The notes beneath the pieces are model-generated. The model worked only from the letters and a program-made list of their open reading frames with translations. It was not told the DNA's origin and searched no databases. A stretch of 63,196 bases of DNA, counting the filler, from Octopus bimaculoides (taxonomy: Eukaryota), in the NCBI RefSeq assembly GCF_001194135.2. It is 3 parts of 3 records of this genome, joined end to end, with 100 filler letters (N's around TTAATTAATTAA, not from the genome) between each part and the next. Parts side by side here need not be neighbours in the genome. Positions count along the whole stretch, not along the records: positions 14,835 to 41,087 come from NC_068988.1; 2 more parts are not named here. One strand, given 5' to 3'. The position numbers and the translations under genes were made by a program. Positions 23,517 to 36,060 of the stretch are shown one piece after another (positions within the stretch are counted from its first letter, which is position 1; every line of letters begins with the position of its first letter).

Positions 23517-24732
23517 GTATGTGTGTATGTCTCTGTGTGTGTGTCCGTTGGTGTATATAAAAAACTAACACCTGTGTCCATATAAGGATTACTGGGGGCA
23601 TTACAGTGACGTTCAGTCAGTCCGTAAGTGTTAAAGTTTCATATTTCATATGCACATAGGCGCCAACGCATAGATATTTACGCATATACACACTTACACT
23701 CACGCTCATACATACACAAATACTTATATGAATAAAAGAGTTAGTAAAAAAAATAACTAAAATAAAATTTCAATAGAATTATATGTGGTAACACTGTAAA
23801 TTATATAACAACCTAATGTAACAGCACCACTTGAAATATCTACAAACATATACAACATCTCAATCATCAAACTTCAATTACAAATGTTGAAATGTGCATA
23901 CAATTTTTTAGGAACATCGAAGTTCTCGCACAAAAAGTTTATTAAAATTAGATGGGGGTAATGATATTTCAAGATTTCTGGCTTGTATAATTCATATGGT
24001 TTACTATATTATTAATAATGGCGCACCCGTGAATGTTCTATCTCACCAAATTCTTGGTCTACAAATCCCAGGCGTAGTTTCAGAGCTTACTTTTTTTATT
24101 TTGTTTTGACAAGGTGCAACCGTAATCATTGTAGCTGAAGTTCAAAACAAGAGGAAAAAGAAAAAAAAAAGAACAAAAAAAACATTTCAATGAAGGTTTC
24201 CGGTATCTTCGGTTACATTATTCATTATAATTATTTATAAGATTATACATCTTACTGGTAAACAATAGTTTTGCAAGTTGTTTAGAGTTAAGACGAAATG
24301 TATTACGGTTAATCGAATACAATAGTTATTTCGTTAGTCGTAGTTAGATAAGTTAAATACAGAGAGGTTAGAGCAAACATCATTTTATTAGCAAAATTAA
24401 CTGTTGAACAAAAACATTATATGATTTTATTGAAAATTTTTCTTTGTGTTATGTTCTTACGCGCGCGCGCGCACAAACATGCACACAAGCACACGGACAC
24501 GCGCGTGTGCAAGCTGGGACACGCATATATATGTGTGATTACGCATATATGTGTGTACGTATGTATATATATATATATATATATATATNNNNNNNNNNNN
24601 NNNNNNNNNNNNNNNNNNNNNNNNNNNNNNNNNNNNNNNNNNNNNNNNNNNNNNNNNNNNNNNNNNNNNNNNNNNNNNNNNNNNNNNNNNNNNNATATAT
24701 ACATATATAATTATATATATATATATTACATT

Positions 24733-24913
24733 ACATTCGTCTATCGTTGTACCTGTGCCGTTTGAGGCGACAGCAAGATCATTCCAACGTCTAACACTGA
24801 AAGCATCCTTGACAGCTTGTTCCAATGTTAAACTTTTGTTATTGTTCTCCGCCACGTTTCCTTTGGTCGGCCACGTCTTCTTTTACCTTGTGGAACACAT
24901 TGCAAAGCGATAC
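24733..24913 (-). mobile_element. RTE-clade LINE 3' end fragment
   Basis: PQGKRRRGRPKETWRRTI and (frameshift) LTLEQAVKDA...RRWNDLAVASNGTG, a typical RTE ORF C-terminus. Confidence 0.75.
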
Positions 24914-24943
24914 TAAGAATTGAGTTCGGTTTATAGCGAAAAA

Positions 24944-25462
24944 TCCGTATGGTGGGACTGGGAAGGGATTATCCATTACGAATTGCTTGAACAGAGCCAC
25001 ACGGTCAACGCGGAGCTCTATGTTCAATAGATGGAACGACTAAACACGGCTATTCAACAGAAAAGACTTAATCGGCAGCATGTAGTTCTTCTGCTGCATG
25101 ACAACGCCCGCACTCATATCGCCAATATGACCAAGGAAGCCATTCAAATGCATGGCTGGGAAGTGCTGCCACACCCACCATACTCTCCTGATTTACACCG
25201 CTTTCGATCTCTTTCAAATGCTATGTGCGGAGTTTCGTTCAATACTTGACGCAGAATTGAGAGCTTGGTTGGACCAATCTTTCGAGTCCAAATCGGGTGA
25301 TTTCTACCAACGAGGTATTGGAAATCTTGTTGAACGCTGGGAAGAAGTTGTAAACAACAAGGGTGAATACATTATTGATTAATTAGTTGTTGTTTTTTAT
25401 TAAACCTCTTAAAAAATTTCAATTTAAAAAAAAATGGTGGGAACTTAGTTGCCAACGCAATA
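24944..25462 (+). mobile_element. Mariner (Tc1/mariner DD34D) transposase 3' half with right TIR
   Basis: SVWWDWEGIIHYELL...LLHDNARTHIA...WEVLPHPPYSPDL-HRFRSL...RWEEVVNNKGEYIID*. The TIR-like end GAACTTAGTTGCCAACGCAATA is followed by TA. There is an internal stop and a frameshift. Confidence 0.92.
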
Positions 25463-25889
25463 TATATTGTACATGCTACAAGAAATGGAATGCTGAAGAA
25501 GAAACTTTAAGTTTTAATGCATCTATCTTTTTGGTAAAGTATGCTCCAGTAAGTCTAGATTCTCTTTGAAAGAGCATCTTATTAATTCTTTACGGTAGTA
25601 TGATGCAGAATGATTGAATCCATTACAACTTGTTCACAAGTTGCATGAACGCACAAGAACAAATACAATCACGGAAAAAAATTTAAAATAGTAATAAAAT
25701 CAAATAATATAAAGCGAAAGTAAAATTGAAGGAGGAAAAACATTGGAAGCATGATCTTCAGAAAATATCTCTGAAATAATATTCATTTCACAGAGCTGTA
25801 CGAACCTCAGTATTCCCAGATATAGCAGGTTTGCAGAAGTAACACACATACGTCCGTGTTCACAGATGCTGTAGTTGCTCACACAAACT

Positions 25890-25937
<48 letters not shown>

Positions 25938-26419
25938 ACTCTGTACATATATGTATATATATATGCATGCATATGTGTGTGTGTGTGTGTGTGCATCTAT
26001 TCGCTAAGGTAAAGCGATAAGCGGAAAAGTCCGAAAAGACCGAAAAAAATAGATATACAAAAAGTGAATTATCGCTTTAGTTCGTTATTGATATGCGTAA
26101 TACAAGTGCAAGTCAGGACATGTTTTTGTAGGGAAATTGGTTTACGTGGCCACAGGAATTAGAATTCTCGTCTTATCTTAGCAAAAGGGATTTATAAAAA
26201 GAAAAATGGCAGAGTAAGTAATATACCATCTGTTTTTGACGACCGGAAGAAACACCCCGGAGAATATTAGAGACTTAACTGATAAATGCAATCACTTTCC
26301 ATTTCAGTATATTACTCTGAGCAGTGTTAATAATATGAACCTAACTATATATATTGTGTTAAGTATGAAAATATGTAACGAATAAGTGACAGCTGTAAGA
26401 TGAATATCCAAGTGCTAAA

Positions 26420-26680
26420 GATATAACATGCTGTAAATAAATGTGCTTAACCACGTGATTAGGGTTCTAGTCACACGGTCATAAGTTTGGAAGCTCGGTT
26501 CAAGATCTAGGTGGTGCGTTGTCTGTATGAGGAAATCACTTTACTTAATGGTGCTCCAGTTTGCTCAGCTGAAATTCAGCCAGCTCAGTGCATGTGTACC
26601 GTTCTCTCCCTCTAACAATCATATTGTGAATGTTTTGAAGAACCAAAGTGATAGATCCGATGTGTGTGTATATATGTTTC
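26420..26680 (+). mobile_element. Old SINE remnant
   Basis: Degenerate head, then GCGTTGTCTGTATGAGGAAATCACTTTACTT...GCTCCAGTTTGCTCAGCTG, a core similar to 39358 and 62570. Confidence 0.4.
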
Positions 26681-26827
26681 TTTGCGACTGCAAAGAATAC
26701 TATTCCATCGCCATATCAAGAATACAACATACCTCCATCATTAGCTGCCCCACGGATATCATATATGAGCATACACGGATGTGCAAGTATATGCATGAGA
26801 TGACATCTCTCTCTCTCTTTCTCACAT

Positions 26828-26876
<49 letters not shown>

Positions 26877-27441
26877 TGAAATTTACAGTAAAGCAAAAGA
26901 CGAAGACAAATGTATAAACAACAAGCAAGTGTATTAGTTTGACGCTACAAACACATATTTATATGTATATACAGTTTTGTTTTATATATTTGTATATGCA
27001 TATATATGTATATTTTTACATACATTTACCTTTTACCTTTTTAATGTATGAGTGTATGAGCTACTCCGTGTCTGACACTGGGATAGTATTTAATCGCTCT
27101 ATGGAGCGTTTGCGTGTCAGTTTGGTGTCTGACACAGAATAGCTTACCTTATGGGAGGTAGGTAGAACCTCTTTAACCTCTTTAACTAGGAGAAGGAAAT
27201 TTCCACAATAAAACCCAGAGCTTTCGAATTTCCTGGTTTTATCAATTCCCATGTCACACCAGCGAATGTCTTCTTGAGGCAAGAGATTGAGGTAGTGCGT
27301 GCAAGCTACACCTACTGAAAATTATTCATCTGCACAGGTACTTCTTGTATATTGAATCTTAATAAAATCATAGAATTGGTTGGCAGAAACCTAAAAATAT
27401 ACTTTCAACTTATTCTGAAACGTATCAAAGAGATTCAGTAA

Positions 27442-27712
27442 ATGGTAAAAGGTTTTGTGTACACCTTTCAACGTCATGTATATCAGAACTTCTGCAAATC
27501 TAACGGAGGCCTCAAGCGACATTTTAAGACCCACAAAGATCAGAACTTAACTGCAGTTCCTCGTGGTCCAAATCGGACATGCAATCTATGTGGGTGTCAT
27601 TTCAATACATTGTCTAATCTAAAAAGCCACATTATATCCCATGATGCATCTAACTTGTAGGTACAGAAGTTGGTCAGCCACTACATAAGGAGTAGACAAC
27701 CACCATATATAT
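27442..27712 (+). mobile_element. Two C2H2 zinc-finger remnants, probably the C-terminus of a LINE ORF with a short 3' UTR and (TA)n tail
   Basis: Finger 2, CNLC-x12-HIISH, is intact. Finger 1, RHVY-x12-HFKTH, has exact spacing, and each Cys codon is one substitution away (CGT, TAT). There is no TGEKPY linker, and the stop is followed by GGAGTAGACAACCACC(AT)n. Confidence 0.55.
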
Positions 27713-28689
27713 ATGAGGGGTAGGTGTGTGTGTGTGTATACGTATATGTATAGGTATATATATCTGTATAGATATGTGAATATATTAACACAAATATATT
27801 ATTATTTTTCTTTCAAAAATTACCGCTAACAGTGACTGGAAAGTGTCATCGGTTTACCCTTCATCGGACAATCCGATGAAAGAAGAACGAAACTTGAAAG
27901 TGACTATCAATAGTGTAAAAGGATAGCAAATATATACTCTACAAAATGAATTGAGTAATCCTTCAATTTAATATAAAAATGTTATCATGACACAACTTAA
28001 AAAAACATATTTGAACAGTACAGGGTTCGATTCTCAGTACAAGCATACAAGCCACTTTTCTCCATCTTCTAAGGATATACATATACTCTTAGAAAACACC
28101 CACACTCACAAACGCGCACACCCACCCACACACACAATATACACACAGGTAGATCTATGTATGTATATGTACGCCTTTGCTTACAACGAGATAGCGAAAC
28201 CACACATGGATATAACTTGTCAGTATTAAATTTCCTCTCTACTCACAAGTACCTTTAGATTATATCCTCCACAAATGAAGGAATACGCAGCAACAATTGT
28301 ATAAATTACAAAAAAAAAAAAACACTTGTCAAAATCTGATATATGTGTAGTTTAGTAGCTGATGCTGCAGAAAAGTTGCAGATACAAAGTAGATATAATT
28401 AATACAACAGGCACCACGCCTTCTGATACTAAACAAATCTCGTATGATATAAACTGCATGTTTCAACTACACCGTAGCAAAGTGAAAGTGTTATCGAAAC
28501 ACCATGTGTCACAATACAACATGCAATATACTCAATTATAAATTGGATCCTTATATATATATATATACATATATGAAGAAGAAAAAAATTAAATAACAAG
28601 AGTGTTAAGGTATTGAGCAAAAAAGAAGAAACAGACCTGCAAGCTTTCAGCAGAATTTTGAGGTCAGCAAAGAAAATTAGAAATAAGAA

Positions 28690-28812
28690 TCATACTCCCC
28701 AACCACATGACTCCGGGTTCACTCCTACTGCGTATCACCTTGGGTGATTGTGTTCTATAGCCACGAACAGACCAAACCTTTATGAGTAGATTTGTTAGAC
28801 GAAAACTGACAC
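28690..28812 (+). mobile_element. SINE family B head, diverged
   Basis: CCCAACCACATGACTCCGGGTTCACTCCTACTGCGTATCACCTTGGG...GTAGATTTGTTAGACGAAAACTG. Confidence 0.7.
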
Positions 28813-29494
28813 CAGGCAAATATATATATATATATATCCCTAATCTTACTCTCCTTTCTCCATTCTTCCCCTCTTTTTCACCCCCGATGGCCACCATTGC
28901 ACTTTTCCTCTCTCTCTCTCTATCTCATTCTCTGCATTCGTTTTCTCTGCCTCTATCATTTCTCCTCTCTTTCTACTTCTGATCCTTCTCTCCCCGCCTC
29001 TCTCTCTCTCTGTTCCCTCCTCTTTCTCTCTCTCAACACTTCCTCTTCCATACTATGTGACCAGTGTTCGGTAAAAGCGGTGTCGTTCTTTTTCGCCCTA
29101 CCTTTGACGACACTTGTCACGCTGCCTTCGGCTCCTGCTACGCCCGTTCTCTCCTTTAGGACTTACTTTATTTCCTCTTTGTGCAACCCCACTTGGTTTG
29201 TTCAACAGCTGCAAAGCTCTTTCTCTGTATTTGTGGTATATGTTTAATGATAATAATTTTTTCCTTCGTGTTATTATATATGCATAATTCGTTGTATGTG
29301 GTATTTATATGACTTGTTTGTTTCTGTCTCAGCACACATTCACTAGTTTTTTAGTAGCTTAATAAAGGCACTGTCGCCTGCAAAAATGAGAAGGTTCAAA
29401 TGTAATTGGCATGAAACTGTTATGATATTTTGTGTCTTTGACTCAAGAGGAAAACTCAGCTGCGAATATGCCGTGTATCGTGTCGTTGTCCAAT

Positions 29495-29616
29495 TTTCCG
29501 GTTTCTATGGCGTATGTGTTCCCTCCAGGTGGACGGGACGCCAGTCCATCGCAGCGTTACTCACGAAACAGGAATAAAGAGTGAGAGAAAGTTAGGGCGA
29601 AAGAGTACAACAGGGG

Positions 29617-29618
<2 letters not shown>
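29495..29618 (-). mobile_element. SINE family A-related fragment with an alternative tail
   Basis: Reverse complement CCCTGTTGTACTCTTTCGCCCTAACTTTCTCTCACTC matches family A. The tail GTCCCGTCC...CATACGCCATAGAAAC is shared with 62695-62745. Confidence 0.65.
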
Positions 29619-29655
<37 letters not shown>

Positions 29656-29659
29656 TAAA

Positions 29660-30640
29660 TTAGGATACCAAAATACCAGTTCCTTGAAATAGGAGTCAAC
29701 ACTCTAAAGCCACAAATTTCTAACTATTTAGAAACACCCAGGGTGAATGCAACGAATGTAATAAAAGTCCTATCCAGTTTCCCACTCAGTATGACTGCAA
29801 CTTTTGGCCAAAAGAAATGCTAGATGAGGAGTAGATTTTTTTTCTTCCAAATATCTCATTACTAGTGTCGCAAATATCGTTGCTACTTTGGTACCCACTG
29901 CACTTGTATGTATATGCAAGTAATATTGCTTGCCAAAAAATTAATTTTCTAGTACCAGCATTAGTGCTTCAAATAGGCACTCTTTGGAGAATCTCTTGAA
30001 TTCTTTGTGGGTGTTTGTTTACCCAGAATTCAACTACTTCTCGTCCTAAGGTATGGGGGATATTAGTGTAGAGGCTAACTATGTCAAAGATAACTACGAT
30101 AATTTCTTTGATTACTCTTTTTGGAATGCGGTTTAGGAATCCCATATTATCTCTAATAAAACTAGGTACCAATTTATATTGAGGTTTCAGAATCATGTCA
30201 AACAAGTTGCTTAATCTTTGAGTGCTTGATTCTGGTCCCGCCACAATTGATCTTAATTTAAGATCAGATGGCCTTGGAATCTTTATGTATGGTGACTGAA
30301 TGTCCTTCAAATTCTTCTTGATTTCTTTAGACTTGTAGATTTTCAGAAGTCTATAGAAGTTACTGGTTTTTACTTCAGATTTAGTAAGGTAATCTAACTC
30401 TTTTTTTTTTTTGTATGCTCCTTTTTATATGTGTTTGTAAGTTTACTAATCGTACGCATTGTATACCTATCTTTCTGAAATATTAATTACTTTTATATCA
30501 GTCTTTTCTTTATTTCCTTTAATATTCCTTCTATTTCCTTAGTCTTCTCTTCCGTTTCTGTTTTGGGTTCGTATGTCCTAAAAAGGTTTTTTCTTTTTTT
30601 GTGAGACATTTTTATTATTGATGATATTGTTATCATTATC
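29660..30640 (-). mobile_element. Degenerate Penelope-like RT
   Basis: KTSNFYRLLKIYKSKEI, LKLRSIVAGPESSTQRLSNLFDMILKP...PSFIRD...FDIVSLYTNIPH and GTKVATIFATLVMRYLEEK. Confidence 0.88.
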
Positions 30641-31039
30641 ATAAAAACACCAGCATCGGTTGTCAAGCGCTGGTGGGGGTGTCAAATGCAGACACAAACA
30701 CACAAATATATATATATATACATATGCAAATATGTATCTATATGCGAATATATAGTTTTTGTATATCCACTTGCCTAACTTGCTTACCCTTACATTTATC
30801 TACGTACTCAAGATTAAATCTCTTGAGCACTACGAAGTCTATTCTGAACGGATAATATCTGTATGTCATATATATATATATATATATTCATATTTACATA
30901 CATATATACGTATTCATATATGTGTATATAATGTATGTAAATATGTATAGGTATATATATATGTTTATATTCATATTTACCTACGTATGTATACATATAT
31001 GTATATGTGCGTGTATATATATATATACATATATATATT

Positions 31040-31205
31040 CTGTACCAGCACGCTGAGCAAGAACATGGAGGCTCAATCAACAACATAGAAATTAAAATCT
31101 TATCTACACATAGCAGTGATGCAGCACTTAGACAAATTACTGAAGCTACACACATAATAGAAGAGAAACCTAGCCTCAATAGGAAACTAGATTGGAACAC
31201 TAACA
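31040..31205 (+). mobile_element. PLE GIY-YIG endonuclease C-terminal fragment
   Basis: LYQHAEQEHGG...IKILS...DAALRQITEATHIIEEKPSLNRKLDW matches the RQI.EA..I....P.LN.K.EW motif. Confidence 0.75.
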
Positions 31206-32139
31206 CACACCACTANNNNNNNNNNNNNNNNNNNNNNNNNNNNNNNNNNNNNNNNNNNNNNNNNNNNNNNNNNNNNNNNNNNNNNNNNNNNNNNNNNNNN
31301 NNNNNNNNNNNNNNNNNNNNNNNNNNNNNNNNNNNNNNNNNNNNNNNNNNNNNNNNNNNNNNNNNNNNNNNNNNNNNNNNNNNNNNNNNNNNNNNNNNNN
31401 NNNNNNNNNNNNNNNNNNNNNNNNNNNNNNNNNNNNNNNNNNNNNNNNNNNNNNNNNNNNNNNNNNNNNNNNNNNNNNNNNNNNNNNNNNNNNNNNNNNN
31501 NNNNNNNNNNNNNNNNNNNNNNNNNNNNNNNNNNNNNNNNNNNNNNNNNNNNNNNNNNNNNNNNNNNNNNNNNNNNNNNNNNNNNNNNNNNNNNNNNNNN
31601 NNNNNNNNNNNNNNNNNNNNNNNNNNNNNNNNNNNNNNNNNNNNNNNNNNNNNNNNNNNNNNNNNNNNNNNNNNNNNNNNNNNNNNNNNNNNNNNNNNNN
31701 NNNNNNNNNNNNNNNNNNNNNNNNNNNNNNNNNNNNNNNNNNNNNNNNNNNNNNNNNNNNNNNNNNNNNNNNNNNNNNNNNNNNNNNNNNNNNNNNNNNN
31801 NNNNNNNNNNNNNNNNNNNNNNNNNNNNNNNNNNNNNNNNNNNNNNNNNNNNNNNNNNNNNNNNNNNNNNNNNNNNNNNNNNNNNNNNNNNNNNNNNNNN
31901 NNNNNNNNNNNNNNNNNNNNNNNNNNNNNNNNNNNNNNNNNNNNNNNNNNNNNNNNNNNNNNNNNNNNNNNNNNNNNNNNNNNNNNNNNNNNNNNNNNNN
32001 NNNNNNNNNNNNNNNNNNNNNNNNNNNNNNNNNNNNNNNNNNNNNNNNNNNNNNNNNNNNNNNNNNNNNNNNNNNNNNNNNNNNNNNNNNNNNNNNNNNA
32101 TATATATACATACATATATATATATATATACACACACGT

Positions 32140-33310
32140 TTAGTACTAATTACCCAACAGAATCGTACTCAGTACCGCATGGATGGTTAGCGAATAGCCC
32201 TGAACGACACTGTAACTGTAGCTCTTCAAACTGTTCACTAAATAATACTTGTCTGGAAAAAAGAACTTGTATACAAGTCCAAAATCATGAACTCCAACGG
32301 AGTAACAAACACACATATTGGAATGACGAGCAACTTGTCACAGAAAGACATACACAGCATTTGGCCTTATTGAGAGACAGCAATAAAATACACGTAGCTT
32401 ATGGATTTTGAAAGAAAGAGGTGCAAGCAACACCCAGACAAGCTGAAGCATTATTGCTAAAGCCAGAAAATACAGAGGACTGGATACCAAACATGAACTC
32501 TGCATTACTGAAAAGCTAAAGATCATCTAATCAATAGATGACATCATTAACAATAGGGATAGAACTATCTCCTTCTGCAGGCACATGCAATATTTCACAC
32601 TCCAACATCTCAAAAGGAGCCACAACGAAACCAGCCGATCTCCCAATATAGATTTTTTCTCGGAAGGTGAACATTAAGTATATACAACATATGAGCTTCA
32701 CACATATAAGACACATGCCTTCATGATAAAATCCCTCAATACACAAACATACGAATATTACTCACACCCAGGATATTACATAATATAAGCAAACTTGTTC
32801 AGCACAATTCTTTTCCAAAAGGTAAACCTAAGAGAGGTAATCACATAAAGGCTGTTACCCAAGAGTCGTCACCGTTGATTTCTTGTTTTTCTTTACTAGA
32901 AAACACTCACACGACAGTTTCTCGTGATTTACCGTGCTTTTTCTTGATATAAAATGTAAATAAACAGCAATTTCTCTATATGATCGGTTTGAAAACTTAA
33001 CATAATTTCGTAACATGAAACCAATGGTAGCCTCAATGCACAAATCAAAAATCCTTACTTATCAATGTGGTGTTGAGCACTCATTCTCATTGTTCGACTG
33101 TCCATTGCATCATGTTAACCGTTAATCCCAACACACTCTTTCTCTCTCCGTTTTTGGTTTGTCTCTCCAATTTTTTTTAATCTCAACCCTTTATGTTGAA
33201 GAGCGTAGACTCGAAACGTCAAAGACTTTTCAATTTTTCCCGAGCATCAAACTAATACAGTAGCTTGTTGTTCACTCACCTGCCTCTGTCTTTTGTTTTC
33301 TGTTCATTTG
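32140..33310 (+). mobile_element. PLE 3' region: Cys-rich linker/GIY-YIG, 3' UTR and hammerhead remnant (33189-33224)
   Basis: CNCSSSNCSLNNTCL..LVYKS...THIGMTSN...IIAKARKY...LCITEKLKI...NNRDRTISFCRH. Terminal motif CTTT-ATGTTGA-A-GAG[CGTAGA]CTC-GAAAC-GTC-AAAG has two core substitutions. Confidence 0.8.
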
Positions 33311-33364
<54 letters not shown>

Positions 33365-34934
33365 ATGTATATATGTGCATGTGTGTTCCTGTTTCTGTGT
33401 TGTGTATGTTGATGTATAGATACATTTATTTGTAGAAGCACATATACAAACACAATATAGTTACTATGCAGAGTCATAAGAGTGTACTTGCAGAATTATA
33501 CATGTATATATACTTACACCATTTGATTCACTCTAAAAGTGTGCTACGTGGTTAATTGACAAGGTTCCTTGTACATAAGATATCTGATCACTTAGATTAG
33601 GGTTAACTGTCATCAGTTTAGTGTTATATTCCGTTACGATTTCTTGTTGAAAGAATGCAGGATGATAAATTGTAAAATAGATCAAGGCAGACACAACGGC
33701 ATTTAGAAAGCGGTGCAATGTGGTTGTATGCTTTAAATTATTGAGGTACCTCAACAGAGTCTCTGAAATTAAATATTTAAACAGTCTTAATCTTATGTTT
33801 TGGTGAATATATATTTAGTGTCGCTATGAAAATATCAGAACTTAGGTATCTTCGTATATTTTTGGCTAACAAGTTTTCATTTGTATGAGATTTTCCATAT
33901 GTAAAACAGTTATAACAATATACCTATGTCAGAATAGCATCTTACATATATACATTAGCGTAGTACTTGAAATATGTTCTTACATATATATGGACACACT
34001 TATGTATGAATCATATAACAGCTGTAGGCGATATAAAATCTATAATATATTGATTTATGAATACAGATGTGAGTGAATGAAAATGTCAGTAAATGTGTAG
34101 CTGACGTGTTGGTGTGAAATAATTCGATCGACATAGAGACACTGATAAGGATATATGTATGTAAATAGTAACTACAGTAGGTCTATCAATCAAAAGCTAA
34201 AGTATTGAGACTGACATCTTCACACATTAATAAACATATACGGCTAAAGTAGGACTGATAAATCCGCTTGGCTTCCATTTGGAGTCGATGCAAATATAAA
34301 CTCTAAAATGAACGTGACACCAAAGCATGGTTTATAAAAAGACAAAGAAAAATACAATTCTTCACAAGCGTGTATTCTATGATCAATATTTTGCCGGTGA
34401 CCGAAGGCGGGATTTGAACATAGTGACTGCAAGGTACACCTTTTAATGCTGTACAGGTGCACCAACAATCTACGAATTGCTGCTTTATTTATTAGCAACC
34501 NNNNNNNNNNNNNNNNNNNNNNNNNNNNNNNNNNNNNNNNNNNNNNNNNNNNNNNNNNNNNNNNNNNNNNNNNNNNNNNNNNNNNNNNNNNNNNNNNNNN
34601 NNNNNNNNNNNNNNNNNNNNNNNNNNNNNNNNNNNNNNNNNNNNNNNNNNNNNNNNNNNNNNNNNNNNNNNNNNNNNNNNNNNNNNNNNNNNNNNNNNNN
34701 NNNNNNNNNNNNNNNNNNNNNNNNNNNNNNNNNNNNNNNNNNNNNNNNNNNNNNNNNNNNNNNNNNNNNNNNNNNNNNNNNNNNNNNNNNNNNNNNNNNN
34801 NNNNNNNNNNNNNNNNNNNNNNNNNNNNNNNNNNNNNNNNNNNNNNNNNNNNNNNNNNNNNNNNNNNNNNNNNNNNNNNNNNNNNNNNNNNNNNNATATA
34901 TATATATATATATATATACACAGGCGATATAAGT

Positions 34935-35395
34935 GCAGGCGTGGTGGTTGTAATATGAGATTGCTTCCCACCTATGCGGTTCCGGTTTCATTCCCACTGC
35001 GTGACTCGTTGGGTGGAGGTTCTCCTATATATCTCTGGGGTCCAAGTAAAGCCCTGCAAGTGGGTCTAGTAGACGGAAACTGGAAAAAGCCTGTCATATA
35101 AATATATATGGGGGTGCATGGCATGGTGGTTATGTATATTGCATTCATAGTTTCAAAACCAGGAGCAGGTGGTGTTTTTTGTTGTCATTCTTGTAAAGTG
35201 ATGCTTCTGTGCTTTTCCGTTACCACTGCTTGGCAAACAGTGTTGCTTTGGTTACATTCTCGTGATAAAGCAGTTCGTCAAAAATTGCCAATAGAATACG
35301 TACTGGTCTTTAAAATAATACTGGTTTCGGTTCATTTCATTAAAACCCTTCAAAGGTGTTCCCTAGCCTAGCCGCATCCCAGTCACTGATATAAT
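34935..35395 (+). mobile_element. SINE family B, diverged, near full length
   Basis: GCAGGCGTGG...TTGCTTCCCA...CCGGTTTCATTCCCACTGCGTG...GTAGACGGAAACTG, plus a degenerate tail. Confidence 0.7.
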
Positions 35396-35699
35396 TAATG
35401 TATATGTGTGTATGTGTGTATGAATGTATGTGCATGTGTACGTGTGTGTATGTGCGTAGGAGTATATACATACACACACATACATATATATCGTTTGTAT
35501 TGACATAAGTACGAGAACGTAAAAACTCTTTAAGCTTATTATATTTCTAAATAGGCTATAAAGTATCGAAACAAATGCAGTATGTCAGTCCTATTCTTTT
35601 CATGCTGTTATATTTACAATTGATTTGATTAAGACTAAGTAGAAATAGTTCAACCGAAAGTTCTCCATGATCAGGAACAACAGCATAATTCGAAGAGAC

Positions 35700-36060
35700 T
35701 TTTGAAGAACGTAGTCATATCAATGACATTTATATGATTCTTTGCATTATTTTAGTTAATGTATACTAAAATCTGTCTCGATGTGCGGCCTTGTGTCCAA
35801 TCTAGACACAAATATAATGCCCAATGAATGTAAAGTAGGGCGAAATATGCCCAAACTTTAACGTTGCCTGCTAACAAAATGTAAATTTCCTGTCAGCATA
35901 TCAATAGCATTGTTAAATATCACATATTCTTGTCTCCTCTTTCTTTGATAGCTACTATCAGTTACTGCTATGATGTCTGTGTTTAATTTCTCCAACTAAG
36001 ACAAATCGCAGTCAATTTAAAAGCTTTGCCTACGTCTTTCTGTATGCCAACTCTTTACAT
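35700..36060 (-). mobile_element. Possible highly degraded LINE apurinic endonuclease N-terminus
   Basis: LEKLNTDIIAVT...KERG resembles the APE motif ELxxLxxDIxAxxETK. Many disablements. Confidence 0.3.

Noticed and set aside
26131-26218. TTTTTGTAG ... AGA|GTAAGT candidate exon
   Set aside because: All three frames contain stops, and there is no other support.
27442-27660. Functional host C2H2 zinc-finger gene
   Set aside because: There are only two fingers, one lacking both Cys, with no TGEKPY linker and a retroelement-like tail.
28905-29370. Solo LTR (pyrimidine-rich start, AATAAA near 29360); similar idea for 56748-56960
   Set aside because: I could not identify TG...CA termini, a TSD, a PBS/PPT or a second copy.
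35315-35360. Minus-strand hammerhead-like arrangement (GGTT/AACC stem, GAAACCAGTA)
   Set aside because: The core lacks CUGANGA, and the segment is a decayed SINE B tail, so the resemblance is coincidental.
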